Positions 38,801-53,800 of a stretch of DNA of 64,000 nucleotides are shown in pieces; within the stretch, counting starts at the first letter, position 1, and every line of letters starts with the position of its first letter. Source of the DNA: Carcharhinus longimanus (taxonomy: Eukaryota). The notes beneath the pieces were generated by a model. That model saw only the letters and a list, made by a program, of their open reading frames with translations. It was not told the origin of the DNA and ran no database searches. A program made the translations under genes and the position numbers. Location of the stretch: NCBI GenBank assembly GCA_030264375.1, contig JASCQW010000099.1:42918090-42982089 (forward strand). Reading direction: 5' to 3'.

Positions 38801-41800
38801 GTTTGTATTTCCTAATCTGAAAATATCTGAAGTTAAGGTGTTGTTTGGGGCTACAACAAGTTCTCCAGAGAGATGTGCTGATACTACTGAATCATGTGGA
38901 TGCAAATTTAAAAACTTCAACATTTTGCAGCATCATATCAGATCATTTTCATTTATTATGCCTTGAGTGCTTGGATTAATCATGTGGATCTACATTCTTA
39001 ATCAGCAAATAACATTCCTCCAATATAAATTACCGTGTAAGTTTTAAGTGAGGGGCAATGCAGTTACTGACATTCTTCTCTTTAATTTTGGGGTTAGTTT
39101 AGCTCAGCTGGCTGGACAACTGGTTAGTGATGCAGATCAATGGCAACAATGTGGATTCAATTTCCGCAACGGCTGAGGTTATTCATGAAGGTCTGCCTTT
39201 TCAATCTTGTCCCCTTGCCCGAGGTGTGGTGATCCTCAGGTTAAAATTACCACCAGTCAGCTCTCCCTAAGCGGAAAGCACCTTACGGTCACCTGCATCT
39301 ATGGCAACTTTACTTTTATAATCCTCTGACGTAAACAAAAACACTGCAATTACTCAGCAAATCAAACACCATCTGTGGAGAGAAGCAGAGTTAATGTTTC
39401 ATCAGCTCTGATGAAAGATCATCTCAACATGAAATGTTAACGGTTCCTCTCTACAGATGCTGACTGACCAGCTTGATATTTCCAGCAGTTTTTGTTTTTA
39501 TTTCAGATCTCCAGCATCTGCAGTAGTTTTACTTTTGTACTCAGTGCTCTGGTTTCGTACAGGATCATGCAATGAACCTGTACAAGCTTAATTTTAGCTT
39601 CAAAATTCTTGACTCTTCTCAGATGTAATCCCAAAATCTAAACTAAAAACCTTTAAAAATGCAGTCTTATTGAAAGTGAAATACCACTTTTCCAAATACA
39701 CATACCTCATGATACTGCTGCACATGCTTACCATAGCAGAATTCGTACTTCCACCATCCGACACCCTGTCAACACAAAGTTGAAAAGCCATGAAACAGAA
39801 ATAATGCACAAAAAGACATTTCAGAAATGGACAGGTAAACTACAGAAATTGCAAACACCAGCAACTTCTGAGGATGCTTCACTCGATCATTCCTAAACTA
39901 AACTCCCTTACGCTACCGTTAAACTAAACATATCAAAGGATAGACGGAAAATTGAACGCCTGCAAAGGAACAAAGCAATTCTAAAACATTTTATAGTTGC
40001 ATTATTTGTCTTTGAGGGCCTAATACACTTTAGGGTATGTTTAATATTTCCAACAGTGGTCTTCCTATACTATAGGCAATCCATAATGAGCATTCACATA
40101 CTCAACAAAAACACTGCAGCTGTTCTGAAAATACGTGGTGGAAAATGCAAAGAACAAACTTGGAGGATGGGAAAGTTTGAATTGGAAACTACCTTCAGTC
40201 TTTTCTCTGTCTTTTAAGTTATTTAAAAGTAAATTAGTTTGTAATTGTGGATACAATTCAATTTCAGATTTTCTCTTTGATTTGTTGGCTTAGGGATATT
40301 CACTTTTAGAACTAGGGATCTAGAACTAATGAATAAATCTGTGGCATGGTTTTGTAGAAACACAAAGCCTGATGCACAATAGGTTCAATGACTCTTGCAC
40401 AAAAATGGCAAGACATATAGACATAAAGGAGACATGACATTCACTCAAAAATCAAGACGTCCACAGACAACAAAAAGAGACTTACCCATACACAAAATAA
40501 TCAAGACAGAACATGCAGCATAGAAACTGGCCGTTTAGTCCAACTATTATATTTTGGTGCTTATACTCCACTGAGTTTCCTTATCTCAGTCTTTCAGAAT
40601 ATTTTTATTTTCTTTTCTCTGTAGTTTTCCAGTTTCCTTTTGAAAACATCTAAGCTACATATCTTAGCACGTCTTTTGGTAATGAGTTCCATCTTCTAGC
40701 CACAGAGTAAATTCCTCATTACTCTGGCAACTATCTTGTATTCATGGCCCATAAATTTTGCATCCTCCCACAGATAGAAGCACTCTCTGCATATCTATCC
40801 TGTCCATCCCTTTCATAATTTTAAAGATTTTTTACCTTTATGCCTTCTCTATTTTAAGGGAAAAACGCCCAATCTGTTTAAACTTCCCTAATAGTTGTAA
40901 TCCCTCTGCCTGGCACCATATTTGTAAATGAGAAGGCACACAGGGACATGCCTTGATCCTACAGATAAGTTTGCCTGACATGTATTTTGCTTTCCCTCTT
41001 TATTCTCCCACACAAAATACATTAAAGTGGTTTGACCACAAACTATAACCAGTGGTTAGCAAACAAATTAAATCTGTCACGTATTTCTATTACCAGCTCA
41101 CAGTACAGAAAGCAACGTCTCTCATGCTTAGGGCAACAGATCCCATAGCTCCCGTATCTCCTTGACTTTCAGACGTAATGGTATTTGCTCCGGTATTCTG
41201 AGCTGTTCCATGCTCCAACAATTCTTTGTGCACTTTTTCCCCCAATTACTCTCCTCATTGTCACTGTGATCATTTCAAACTTGATTCTTATCCACTGACT
41301 CTCCAACCAACTGAGAGCCTTTCTCCTTATTCTGCTTCAATCTCCCTCCTCACCTTCCACAAAATTTTCTATATTCATGATTCAGTAATGTTAGAGAGGT
41401 GGCACAGGACAAAATCACAGCTAGGTTTCTTTATTTTTCACTAGAGCCCAGCCCTTTATCTTAAAGAAATGTATTTATTTGGCCATTTACCCAGGCCATA
41501 TTTGAACAATTCCCACTGCTGATTGGTTATCCCAACTATCAACTTCATTTCCTGATTATTTGGAGCTACTTTACTGCCTTTCTCACGGAACACTGACTTC
41601 TTTCTTTAACTCTTATCATTTTATAATTTCACACTGAAATTATTAAAATTGACATCAACTTTGAGCTTTATTTCTCAAAGGTATAAAGTTTCACCCAAGT
41701 GACAATTTTATATTTAATGCAATGATCTCCAACATAATCAGCATTTTTATGATTATCCTTCAATAATATCAAGGAAAAGCTGGACTCTTACCCCATGGAA

Positions 41801-44800
41801 ACAATAGGAGCCACTTAGGAATTCCTGGATGAGCTGTTCATCAGTCAGTTTGGAGATGTGAGTAGTTCCCACAGCCACTGGTTGCTGTCCTCCAACACTG
41901 ATTGATTTGTGAGATAAAAACTGCTCATCACGTGTAGACTTTGTGTCCAGTTCCTATTATAATCCAATATGAAAGCCATTTTCAATGTCATTAATTCAAA
42001 TGCATGTGGACTATAGAAATAGCTGGTTTGTTTATCTCTCAAGTACAGTGTAGAAATTAAAAGAATGCCTGCTGCTTATTTGGAAGTTACAAAGAACAGA
42101 CATTTGGAAATTACTCAAAAAAATAAATTCCAAGCAGCAAATGTGCTGACCAAAATAATATTTTAATCAGCACTTTAATAACTTGAAATAGATTTTTAAA
42201 AATAGGATTCAGTTATTACAACTCAATTGTGCTGATCAAACAGAAATTGTTAATGCTTAAACCAGTAACTAACAACATAGAATCTGAAGACGCAATTACA
42301 TCAGTAGTTGCAATTGGTATTTACAGATTTTAATGAAAGATGTCAGTCTTAAGGAACTTTAGCTATCAACTCATTTAAAACAAATACATGCGGATAGGTA
42401 AAAGTAAATGCCAAAATAAATGTCCTCAAATTTCATTAAATTGTTTTTAAAACAGGTACTAAAATACAAAGTTTGTATTTCCCAAACAAAAATGGAACTA
42501 AATTATGTGGCAAAAGCCAGCAACAGGTTTCCTGAGCTAGCTGTGAAATTATTTTAAAATTCTGTTGGTAAAACAGTTACCTCTTGAGCTCTCTGTGTAG
42601 TGAAAGGTGGTTTCATCATGTCCTCCTGCTGTTTTTCTAACTGTTCGAGACTTTGAGGTTTTAATGGAGAGCCGTGTACTGATTGGCAAAATATGTCATT
42701 AACAGGGGAGGATTTAAATCTATGCAAAATAAAAACAAGGTTAATACTCATAAATGGCATCAAATTCAGAGTTACTGCCAAAACGTGGTTAGAACGGAAT
42801 ACGTTTAAGCTACTGAGGTTATCATGCAATGTTTGTGTATCTATTTTAAAGACTACACAGTACATTTGGCTATTTTACCTGTATTTAGGATGGCTGCACA
42901 ATAGTGGTGTCAAGATTACTAGCTCATATTCACAGGTGGTGACTTCAGCAACTGAGAGGATCTCATGTTTGGCTTCAGGGTGGCAGACATACATCACAGT
43001 GGTAACTCTTGGCTTGTTCTGTTTTAGGCTGCAAGGTGTACCATTTCCCATTACCACTGGGTAATAAGGAGTGATCTGTCCTTCTATGTTTTTGGTGTGA
43101 ACCTTAAAATAAAAGAGTCGCTTTAGCACATTTACCTTTCAACAAAATTGAGCTTTGGTAATTAATGACAAGGGGAAGCATTCACCACACACAATAGCAG
43201 CAGATATTCCAATAACAAAAATATTAAAGAGCTGTCTTTTCTATAAAGACAGCCAATTTTCATCCTTTACACAGTACTTTTGCAAAAGATGTAAAAGAAA
43301 GTTGACATTGTAAAAAATAAAGCCTCTTGTACAAAATCTTACACAAGTTCAAATTCAGAAAAAATTAAAAAATTAGATCTAGCCCATAAAAGGACTATAT
43401 CAGAAATTAAACCTCCACAGTTAAGAAGAGAAAGCACAAGTTTTTTATTCATATATTATTTTCCATTTGATTCAGTTAAATAACTTAGATTATCTGAACG
43501 TTAATTTATGTACTTCACATTTTGTAACACTATTTGTATTAATTCTATTCTTTAGTGCATGAAATGATTAAATTATCCAGTAATTTGAACTGAACAAACA
43601 CAAGGTGGGAATTTAGATGAATTATGACGTGAAATTATAATACAAAAATAAATCAACTGAAGCAACTTCAATTTAAGAGGAGCAACAACCCAGAATGACA
43701 ATCTACAGCTACAATGATACCACTTAAAAGTCCACTGTTTTTGGCAGCGGAAAATATGCAAAAACCAGGTTGAAGATTTAGTCGAGCTCATTTTAAGGGT
43801 GCCAACCAGTGACTGAAGTTTACAACAGTGAGTGATTTGGTTGTTGGTAATGATACCTTACTCAACATTGGGACAGTAAGGTAGCACAGTGGTTACCCCT
43901 GCTGCCTCACAGCACCAGATAGTTGGCTTCAATTCTGGCCTGTGTGGAATTTGCACATTTTCTCCGTCTCTGCATGGGTTTCCCATACCGAGTGCTCCGG
44001 TTTCCTCCCAAAATCCAAAGGACTGGTCATGGTTAATGCGTGGGGTTACGGAGATAAGGCAGAGGAGATAGTGGGATGCTCTTTTGGAGTGTAACTGCAG
44101 ACTTGACTCGATGGACCGAATTACCTCTTTCTGCACTGTAGGGGTTCCACGATTGCTAATTAAGAGTTTCAAACAGGTTTGTTTTAGGGACGATCAAGAT
44201 ACATCGTCTTGGTCATTCAGTTCTTGCAAAATTACTCACAAGAAATTAGAGATTTTTCAAGTTCTTCCTCAATCCATTTCTTAGACTGAACAGACTGACC
44301 TCTGTACAGTATGCAAAATATTTAGGAATAGCAAGAAATTTCCATTAGTATCAATTAATTTGGGGGTATTTTGAAAATGTTGCATTCATAGAATAATCTA
44401 GTATCCAGTCACTTTTCTCCCATTGAAAGCGAGATGAATTCACTCAATTATCACCCAACAAAAACCATTCATGAGAACCTGTCTGTCAGGGTGGTTTATC
44501 AGCATCTTGGTGAGCACATATTCAGAAACTAACTTTGTTTTGTGTTTAGAAAAGGTTTAAAATATTACTTCTGACTTGATAACAGACGTGTAGAACTAGA
44601 ATTGCTGCTAAACCACAAAATCCAGGCCAAATGATTAAGCACTGCAGTACTACTTCGATTTCCAAATCCTGATCAATACTATCACCTGGTGGTGGGGTTT
44701 CAGACAGTACAAAACTATCGCACCACTGCTGGAAAAAGCAGCGAAGGATCTACTTTTGGGCACAGCACTTATGAACAAATTAACAGTGGAGTTATAGTGG

Positions 44801-47800
44801 GTGATAAGATGGCATTTAGGATGCAATTCGTTCAAAGTGTTAATAATGTACAAGATTTAAATCCTATAATCTTATGAACCTATTTCCATTACCTAATTTC
44901 AGGATTACAGAACAAGTTCCTGTTAAATAGGAACCAGCTATTATTAAAAATGATCATTTGGTCATAAAGTGCTTGGTGGCACACTGAAACCAAGAAAGTT
45001 GCTATGTACGTAAATGTAAGTGCTTTGTTAACCTGTCAGAATTTTGTACAGAATGTTCTCACTTAAACTTGTTGCTGTGTTCTCAAGGTTGTAACTTTTG
45101 GTGAATTATAGGTTCCTACAGCAAATCAATGTCAAAGCCAGAGTTAGGTTTCTTCAGACATTCCTGCCCACAAAATTAACAATATATAAGTTGAAGTATT
45201 GTACCATGCATGCACAGCACTGTACTTCCCCTTGCTGAAATAACTTGCAAAACAAAATACATCTCTAAATGTATAAGAAATAACATATACACTATTTCTT
45301 GAAAATTATGCTCACCGGCAGTATTTTATTCACCAGGCCCCATCTAGTGGCAGATGTTGGTTGACACAGGTAGCAACTGAAGTCCCAGAACTACCTGGAC
45401 CAACCAATTTCTACCATTAGATGAAGCTCAACTGAGTTCAGAACAGGAGCCAGAAGCACAGCCATTGAAGGACAAACCCCAGAGACTAAGGTAAGGCAGG
45501 ACCAAAGCTTGGAGGCAGAGGACACATGGCTGCAGGAGCAGAGGGAATGAGGGCAGCAGAGGAAGCGCTGAGGGAAAGGATACGTTAGCAAGCAGGCCCC
45601 AGAAGAGGAGGTCAGCAACAAACAACATTGAAGTGAAACTGGTGATGTTAAGTGGATGTACTGACACTTCTTTATTAACAACATTAAAGTAAAATGTTAA
45701 GTGAGTCAATTTTAAGAGAAAATCTACTGTAATTGAAAACTAACAGATCTGAATCATCCTACAAAAGCATGAGTTGGAAGCAATTACAATAAGGCTGCAT
45801 TCTACTTACTTTCAATTTCTCCATTTCAGATTCTTCTGGCTGTTCTGCTGTGGAATCTAGACAGAAAGAGAAGTCTAAACTGTATGAAATACAACTGAAT
45901 ATTCACCAATTGTTCATACATAATTTTACTCCGTTNNNNNNNNNNTCCTGTTAGAAACCTAAGTTCACAGAAGTCAATTATAATAGGCAGCAATTTCCAT
46001 ATTATCACTATTCCTATCAGGACACAATATTAATTCTTAGAACCCCACTCCATTCTTTCCTCCACCTGTCTTTCTGTCTTGGAATTGATGTTTCGAGTGT
46101 TGAGGTTTGTTTTGCTACTCAAATTAGTCTCAGAGAAATACAATATTGGTGAAAGGTAACTGCATGAATTTTACTTCGGTGTACCACAGCTTTTAAACCT
46201 ATTTTCAAAGAGTTTCCACGATGATCTAGAAAGGGACTATGATTCATTTTATTTCCAGCATTGTCTATTTTGCATTCCACATTCTGATCTATAACTTGAT
46301 TCCTTGGAGCAAGTTGAGAAAATGTGCACAAACTGATAATAAAAGAAAGTGCGTAAAAAAAAAGTATTGAATTAAAAATGTTTCCATTGTACAGCATTCA
46401 AACGAAGTTTCAGCCTGTGGAACCAGTGACAGAAATTAAACACAGATTCCTTTTTGTTCCTAAACCAGGAGTATGAGACTATTTCTTAGTTTGCAATCAG
46501 CTCATCTCTCTAACCTTGTCCAAGCTTTCATGAATTTTATGTTGCTCGAACTCCAGCCTTGTGCATTCCTCCACTCCCTGCACCCTTGTGTTAGCGGCTG
46601 TGCCTTCAGCAACCTAAGCTAAGAGATTTTTTTTCTTTTGTTGGTCACCAGTTCTAACATCTTCTTTCGCTTATGTCAATTCTTGTCTCATTGTGCTCTT
46701 GTAAAGCACCTCGCATTGTTTCGTATTACATTAAAAGAGCGATATAAATACAAGTTGTGGATTTCTGAAGTCACAGTGCAAACTGACATTATAGTAAGTG
46801 GCAAAACACAAGTGAACAATCCAGATCTTACTTCTAGCTGCAAACAGCATCTAAAATGATCACGTCTAAAAGGATTCTTTTAAATTGTTGCTCCATGAAT
46901 GTATACAGTCTTTCATCTCAATTATCATCATGTAAACCATTTCTTGATAGGTTTGCAAATAGCATGCTCCAAGAAGATACAGTGCTGCATAAATGAAAAT
47001 TCAGTGCTTTCTGAATGACATTGCTACTTACCTTTGGTCTCAGAATCCAGTGGCGTGCTCATGGTACCAAGGTAATATTCCTGAATATTAACTTTCTGCT
47101 AAATCGAAGATATATAAAACTTAGCAGTGCAATCATTTAGAAGTTGGTAAGACTATAGGCTGGTAAAGTGAGGCACAGTACCTGGCCAGTTTCTTTTTCT
47201 TCATGGTATTGGCGAATGTGTTTTCCATGACATACTTCATATGTCCAGTAAGATTCAATCTGCGGTGTATAAAGAACTTGATTAGAAATATTCAGTGAGT
47301 AGTACTTGCACACAAATGAAAGATCATAAAAAAAAACAAGTCAAACAATTATTGTACAAATCATAAAATCATGGAATTAAAAAAAGTGTTACCATTTTAA
47401 GAGTGTGGCACAGACTTCTATAACAGAGTTAAAAACAGAAAATGCTGGATAAACTCAGCAGATTTGGCAGTTTCTGTGGAGAGAGAAACATGTTTTGAGT
47501 CCATATGATCCTTCTACTGAAATTTTTGCAGAAGGGTCACATAGGCTCATTAACTCCACAGATGTGGCTAGACCTGCTGAGTTTATCCAATTTTTCCTGT
47601 TTTTATTTCAGATTTCCAACATTCACAGTACTTTGCTTCTATAACGGAGTACAATGTTGTAGGTCTTCAAAAAGTAAAGGTTACCAGTCTACCCAGAGAT
47701 GAATGGAAATCCCTTGTTTGTGCATTTTGTCTTTCTGGTTACGATACTTGCCCTCACTATGATGATACTTGGGTTTGGAAGGCAGTACATTAATCACTTT

Positions 47801-50800
47801 ATCTGATGTAGTTTTGGTTATGAAATGTCAAATTTCTTACACAGTAAATGGATAATTGATCAGCAGTGATAACAGACTGGATTTTACAGTAGTTACAAGC
47901 TGAAGCTCTGACTGGACATAAGAGGAGATTTAAATTCCACATATTTTATAGAAGAAAAACAATGTCACGGTACACAAGTGAAAAGTGATTAACCTGTCAG
48001 CCATCCTTGGACACATCACTAACTACATTGAGAAACAAGTCTACAGTTTGGAAGTAAAATGGAATCTAATAAATTAGTAGCCAACAGATGAGTAGTTTAC
48101 ACTGACACTTGTTTAATATGCAGTGTTACAGGAGAAGACTTAACCTATTATTTGCACTTTTCTGAATGGTTAAAAAACAAAGTTGAAATGCAAAGTAACA
48201 ATGGGTTACTACCCCCTTATCAGTAGGGAAAAAAATACTAGACTGTTCTTAATAGGATGTGATATACTTTCCCGCATTAACACAATACCATGTGGCAGTG
48301 CCTTGGTATCCAGTAAAAAGAACAATAGCCCATCCCAAATTTAATCAGAAAATTGTGTGAAAGTATGATCTAAAGACTACATTGTTCAGCCCAGGAAAGT
48401 GATTTACCATGGCTTCAAACAGTTTCTGTTAATTAATTAATCGGAAACAACTTTACCCTGTAAGAACAACTGCTCTGTTTGAAGAGTGGTTCCAATAGCT
48501 CACCAGGCCCATGGCCTTTGTAATCATGTTCTTCATCCTAAATGTATAAAAGAAAAAATTAACTGCACAGGAAAGTATTCATTTCAGTCATATTAGGAAC
48601 TCGCCCTACTGTAGACAGTTACCATTCAAGAAAATGTAATGAAAACAGAGCTCTCATTGTGTCACAGGTCAGTGATTAGTGGATTTGATAATATTGCAGC
48701 TTTAAAGTGAATTAAATGTTTCGCATCTGCTGTAAACACAACTATACTAGGTTCAAGACTTGTTTCCCCAAAGTAAAATTGGTTCCATGTTATTTTATAT
48801 TCAACCTTCACAGAAATTTTAGAAAATCTTCTGCTGCATTAAGAGTATTTCTATGGAGTTAAGTGATTGAAATAGGCTGCTGGACTGAAGTACATGCAAT
48901 GCTATGTACAACATTCGCTGAAACATATTTTCTGTTAGAGGCTTGATAGCACAGAACTTGAATTTTGCTCAAAAGAGATATGATGTTAAGGCTTTTCATC
49001 TTGCATCATCAGGATGGATACAAAGTTGCCAAATTTCAGCAGCATCTCTCATTATTTAGCAATATTTTCTGCAGCGAAGTGGAACCATTCAGCCTTGTGT
49101 AATAAGAACAATTGACAATGCCACAGGAAGCATAATTATAATTCAGTATATGATTTACTTCAAAAATTTTTCACAAAAAATAGTAACAAAATGCTATCAA
49201 ATGTCTTCAGATTCGACATAATTATCTTTTCGTTTCTACCCTTGTCACACTTATTTTACCACGGTTAGTCTATAGCAGTAACAAGTTAAGGCATACATTT
49301 AGACTATATGAAAAACACAGCTGTCATTAAGACAACACAGTAACTGATTTGGAGGGCTCTGATGACTTATGAACCTTGGACACACTCCCAAGTTATTGGC
49401 AAGATCCAATTAGGGTTCAATAATGCTTTAAAGTAGACAAATTGAGATTCAAATCATTTGCTCAATGAACAAAGCCACAAGATTCCATGGGTTTTGAACA
49501 AACAACTGTCTTTAGAAGGTTAAAATACTTTACAATATTTATCCTGTACTCTAACATTCAGGGCTATTATGAGATGCATATGAATTAACAGGCAAACTAT
49601 GGTCAAATATACCACAGTGCATAATAAATGCAATAAAAACGAATTCCATGGATTCTCAATAATCTACCTAGATGTCCATAACATTGAGTCAGCCAATCTC
49701 ACTGAAACTTTGTCTTTCTCCCAGGAGTTCTAACCATCAATGAAGATCTTAACTTGCGCCTCCTTCCAAAAGATGCTGCAACTTGGGTAGCTTCAATAAT
49801 GGCCCACTTCACAGGGTTTCAATCTGGCCTTCCTTCCTCCTGGATTCCCAACTATGTTCAAACATTAACTCTCAAGCACAAGCAGAACACTTCTGCTCCA
49901 AAAGGAGTACATTTGTCCCAGTGGCTTGCAGCACAGAGTCACCAATCTTTGGCATCTTCTTGGATCTTCAGCACTTCATCTGAGCTCTCTTCAATTAGCA
50001 AACATGGATAATGCCACAATAACACTCTACCTTGAGATTTCAATCTCACTTTGAGATTCCATTCTCCTGGGTTGCTGAGAACATACCCAAGCAACAAACT
50101 GCACACACAAATTAAGATCTTTGGCTGTGCTGTGGAGAACACTACTGCTCCAAAAGGATACCTTTGTCCCAACTGCCCATTTCAATTACCAAGGCTTCCC
50201 CTGAGCCCTATTTATTTAAAGTCTGTTTCCCTGCAGCCCGTTCTCTAATTGGAGCTGGCTTCTTTGCTCTGTTCCTTAACATAATTGGACCTATCTTTGC
50301 TCCCTGTATTTTTCCCTTTCTTGGGACTCTTTTTGGGATATCTGTCTTCTCTTCCCTTGCCCACTATTAGGTACACTTATTGGGATCTTTCTTTGTTCCC
50401 TGTCTGGGACATCTCCTGTTATGGAGCTCAGCTCCCAGTCACCTGACCGAGATTTTGTGCTGTTTTTCTAGGCACAAGTGAATTGGGCTCCAAAGAGCAC
50501 AGAAATGCTGAACGGCACATGTGCAGCATGGTCTCAGACTGTGTGGGAGCTCCAAGGTTTCTTCGGACTTGCACTTCCCAATCTTTGCACTCAAAGTTAA
50601 AGCAAATTGGGTGTCATAACATGAAGAAGAAACAAAACTCATCAGCTTTCATGGAACTTTTANNNNNNNNNNNNNNNNNNNNNNNNNNNNNNNNNNNNNN
50701 NNNNNNNNNNNNNNNNNNNNNNNNNNNNNNNNNNNNNNNNNNNNNGAATGCAAAGATGTGCACTATAATGTCCATTTTGAGGCACGGGTGGACCAAGAGC

Positions 50801-53800
50801 TAACAGCAAGGACAGGAGAGATCGGCAAGTGGTACCTAATGGGTCACAGGATAAAGGCTATAGAGTTTAAGTTTATGGAGGGTAGGTAATGCAAGGTCAA
50901 CTAAGACAGCATTGGAAATAATGAGCGTAAAGGTAACAAACACAGATAAAAGCTTCAGCATCAAATAAGAGGAAGAAACAGCCAGCTTTATAGACTTGGA
51001 ACTAAATGATCTGTTGAACAGTGCTGGAAGTTCAACTTCAGATCAAACAGGCCACCGAGGCAGTGAACAGTTACTCAATTTGAAAATGTACTGCAGAAAG
51101 AAAGGAAATTGGTGGCAAGGAAAAACCGAACTTGGAGGGAACCAAAGTTGATAGTTTCATTTTTTTGATGATTAACTGGAGGAAATTGCAGCTCAACCCA
51201 CGACTGGATGTTGAACACGCAGTTTGACTGTACTGAGGCAATAAAGAAGTTGAACGAGGTGGTGGAGAGGTAGGATTGGGTGTGATTAGCATATATCACA
51301 GAATAGTTACAGCACAGGAGGAGATCATTCAACCTGTTGTGTCTGTGCTACGTATGTGGAAACTGACACTGTGCAGCCTGGACAGGCACCATGTCGATGA
51401 AGAAAAGCTGGGGCACCATGTTGATGACAGAAAGGTGGGACACCATGTTGCTGAGGAAAAGCTGGGGGCCAAGGACAGATCCTTGAAGTACCCCTCAATT
51501 GAGGAAGTGTGGTTTGAAAGAAGCCATTTCTGGAGATGCTTTGGCTAAATTCTGATACGGAATATATCAGAGTATAGCCAAAGCATCTCCAGAAATACCA
51601 AAATCAGCTGGCTTAGCACAGGCTAGGTATCTAACCCATAATTTAACTGATACGCATGACTCAGTTACTCAGTGTATGAACCACATGAGACACTGCAGGA
51701 ACTGAGGCTGGAGTAAATGTTGTGCCACAAAACTTGAGTAACTCTTTCATGTTGACATTATTTGGGGCAAATGCTTTTAATGCCTATTACTTTATCTCTC
51801 ATGCTAGTGAAACCACAGAAGGATATGAACAAATGGATTTATAAGGTGGTCAGAATTGTAGCTGTAAAGTGTCACTATTAAGAATGGCTAAAATATAAAT
51901 AGTGCTTTAAATTACCAAGAAGAAATTTAAGTTCCTGTTTGTGGTCTACTTCCACCTTGTGCAAATTGAGCTAAAGAGCATTACAAAGCATTTTAAAAAG
52001 GTTCTTCACTGCGCAAAAGTGATATTTTTTAAACCATAGAAATTCATACAAAAAGTCAGATTTAAATCCATTTGGGAGTCACTGCTTGTAGTTTGATATT
52101 AATGTTAAATAAATACATTCATACAATGTTAGGTAATACATAATCATATTATAAAGCTATCAAAGATCATTTGTAACAAGACTACATAAATCCTAGGCTT
52201 ACCTGGTCTCCATTTCCAATTGATGGCAGCATACATTTATATCTTTCATTATGCACTGTAGTAACAATTATATAGTCATCAGGTCTATACAGGCCCCCTG
52301 TGGTTGGCTGAAAACAAAATGATTAATCACAATTATGCATCATGACTATCCACTCTTACAAGTAGAATATTGTACTGAACAGCAGTGTGCAACTTAACTT
52401 CTCATTCCTACATGCTAACAACTGCAAGCAAAACATCAACTTTACAACACATAGAACAGAGTTACAATATACTTGGGAAAACCTCCATCATATTAACCTG
52501 AACTGCACCCAATTAAGATAATTAATCTTCAGGTATTTATTGTTATGTTCATGAAATATTGGCCTTTTGGCTAGGATCGAGCCCAAAATCAGGTTCAATG
52601 CCTTTTCTTGTCAGCTTGGGTCTTGTATGTCTCTCTTGTGGCGACTATGAATTGGATTCAGTTTGAATTTGAAATAGTTTTTGGAACAAGGAAATGGATT
52701 CAGGGTTTGCCCCATCCACTCTGCACACTGGCTTTGTAATTTTAAGAATGGGATAAAATTTAAAAAATAAACTGCATTATCCTGGAATATTAATTTCATA
52801 GCAAATGGCCACAATATCATCAGAAAAGAACAGAAATAATATTAGAATGAACATAGACTCTTCAGCAGAATGTCTAACAACAAACATTTTCTTTTGAAAT
52901 GCAGTCTACCTAAATATTAGAAATAAGTGACATACACAATGTGATAGAAAAATAAAAGGCTCAGTCCTGTTGACTCATTTTTGTACTAAAAATATTGAAT
53001 TAACCATAATTTGGACTCAAGTGTTAACAGAACAGCAAGCTGTGGAAATTCAGCAATAAAAAAAGTTGGATAATTTGAATTAAGCAATTTTGAGTAAAAA
53101 GAGTAAACTATCTTTGTAAAGCACTTTGAGCTGTTTTACTACCCCAAAGGCACTTTATGAATGCATGTTGCTTTTTTCTGTTTCAAACAGTAACATGAAT
53201 TATTAAAAGCCAAACTCTAAAGGATGATTTTATCATGATTTTTATGCTAAATATTAGTGACAGTGCACCAATAACTGAAACAACAAAGCTCTTAAAATAA
53301 ATAATTTATAGAAATAAGTATTTAATTATCAAAAACTCTGTCTCGAGGGTTTTTTGTTTGTAAATAGTTTATTTCTATAAACACTGATAAATTTGGGAAG
53401 CAGAAATAAAAAACTTTCCTGACAACTTCAGATAGCCGACTCTTTCTCGCAGGTTTCAGCCCAAGCCAGATTTCTTTTTCTCTTATCTACCCTCCAAGCA
53501 ATCTTTCTTTCATAACACCATGCTGACTCTAATAAATCCTACGATTTCTAAATGCTGTTACCACTTCCTTAAAATGGATTTCAGCATTTTTCCATAATAT
53601 CAAGTTAACCAGTCTGTAGCTCCATTTTCTCAAATAGGATTTGCAACATTTTAACCCTCTGGGACCATTCCAGAATTCAGAGAATTTTGGAAGATCACAG
53701 CACATGTATCCATCATCTCTATAGCTATTTATTTCCAAACCTAGGATGTAGACCATCAGGTCCAGGGTACATGTCAGCTTTGAGTCCTATTAATTTATTC

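Noticed and set aside
51385-51468. Regularly spaced 27-bp repeats resembling a CRISPR array
   Set aside because: A simple tandem triplication without unique spacers, in a vertebrate LINE fragment; no cas genes.
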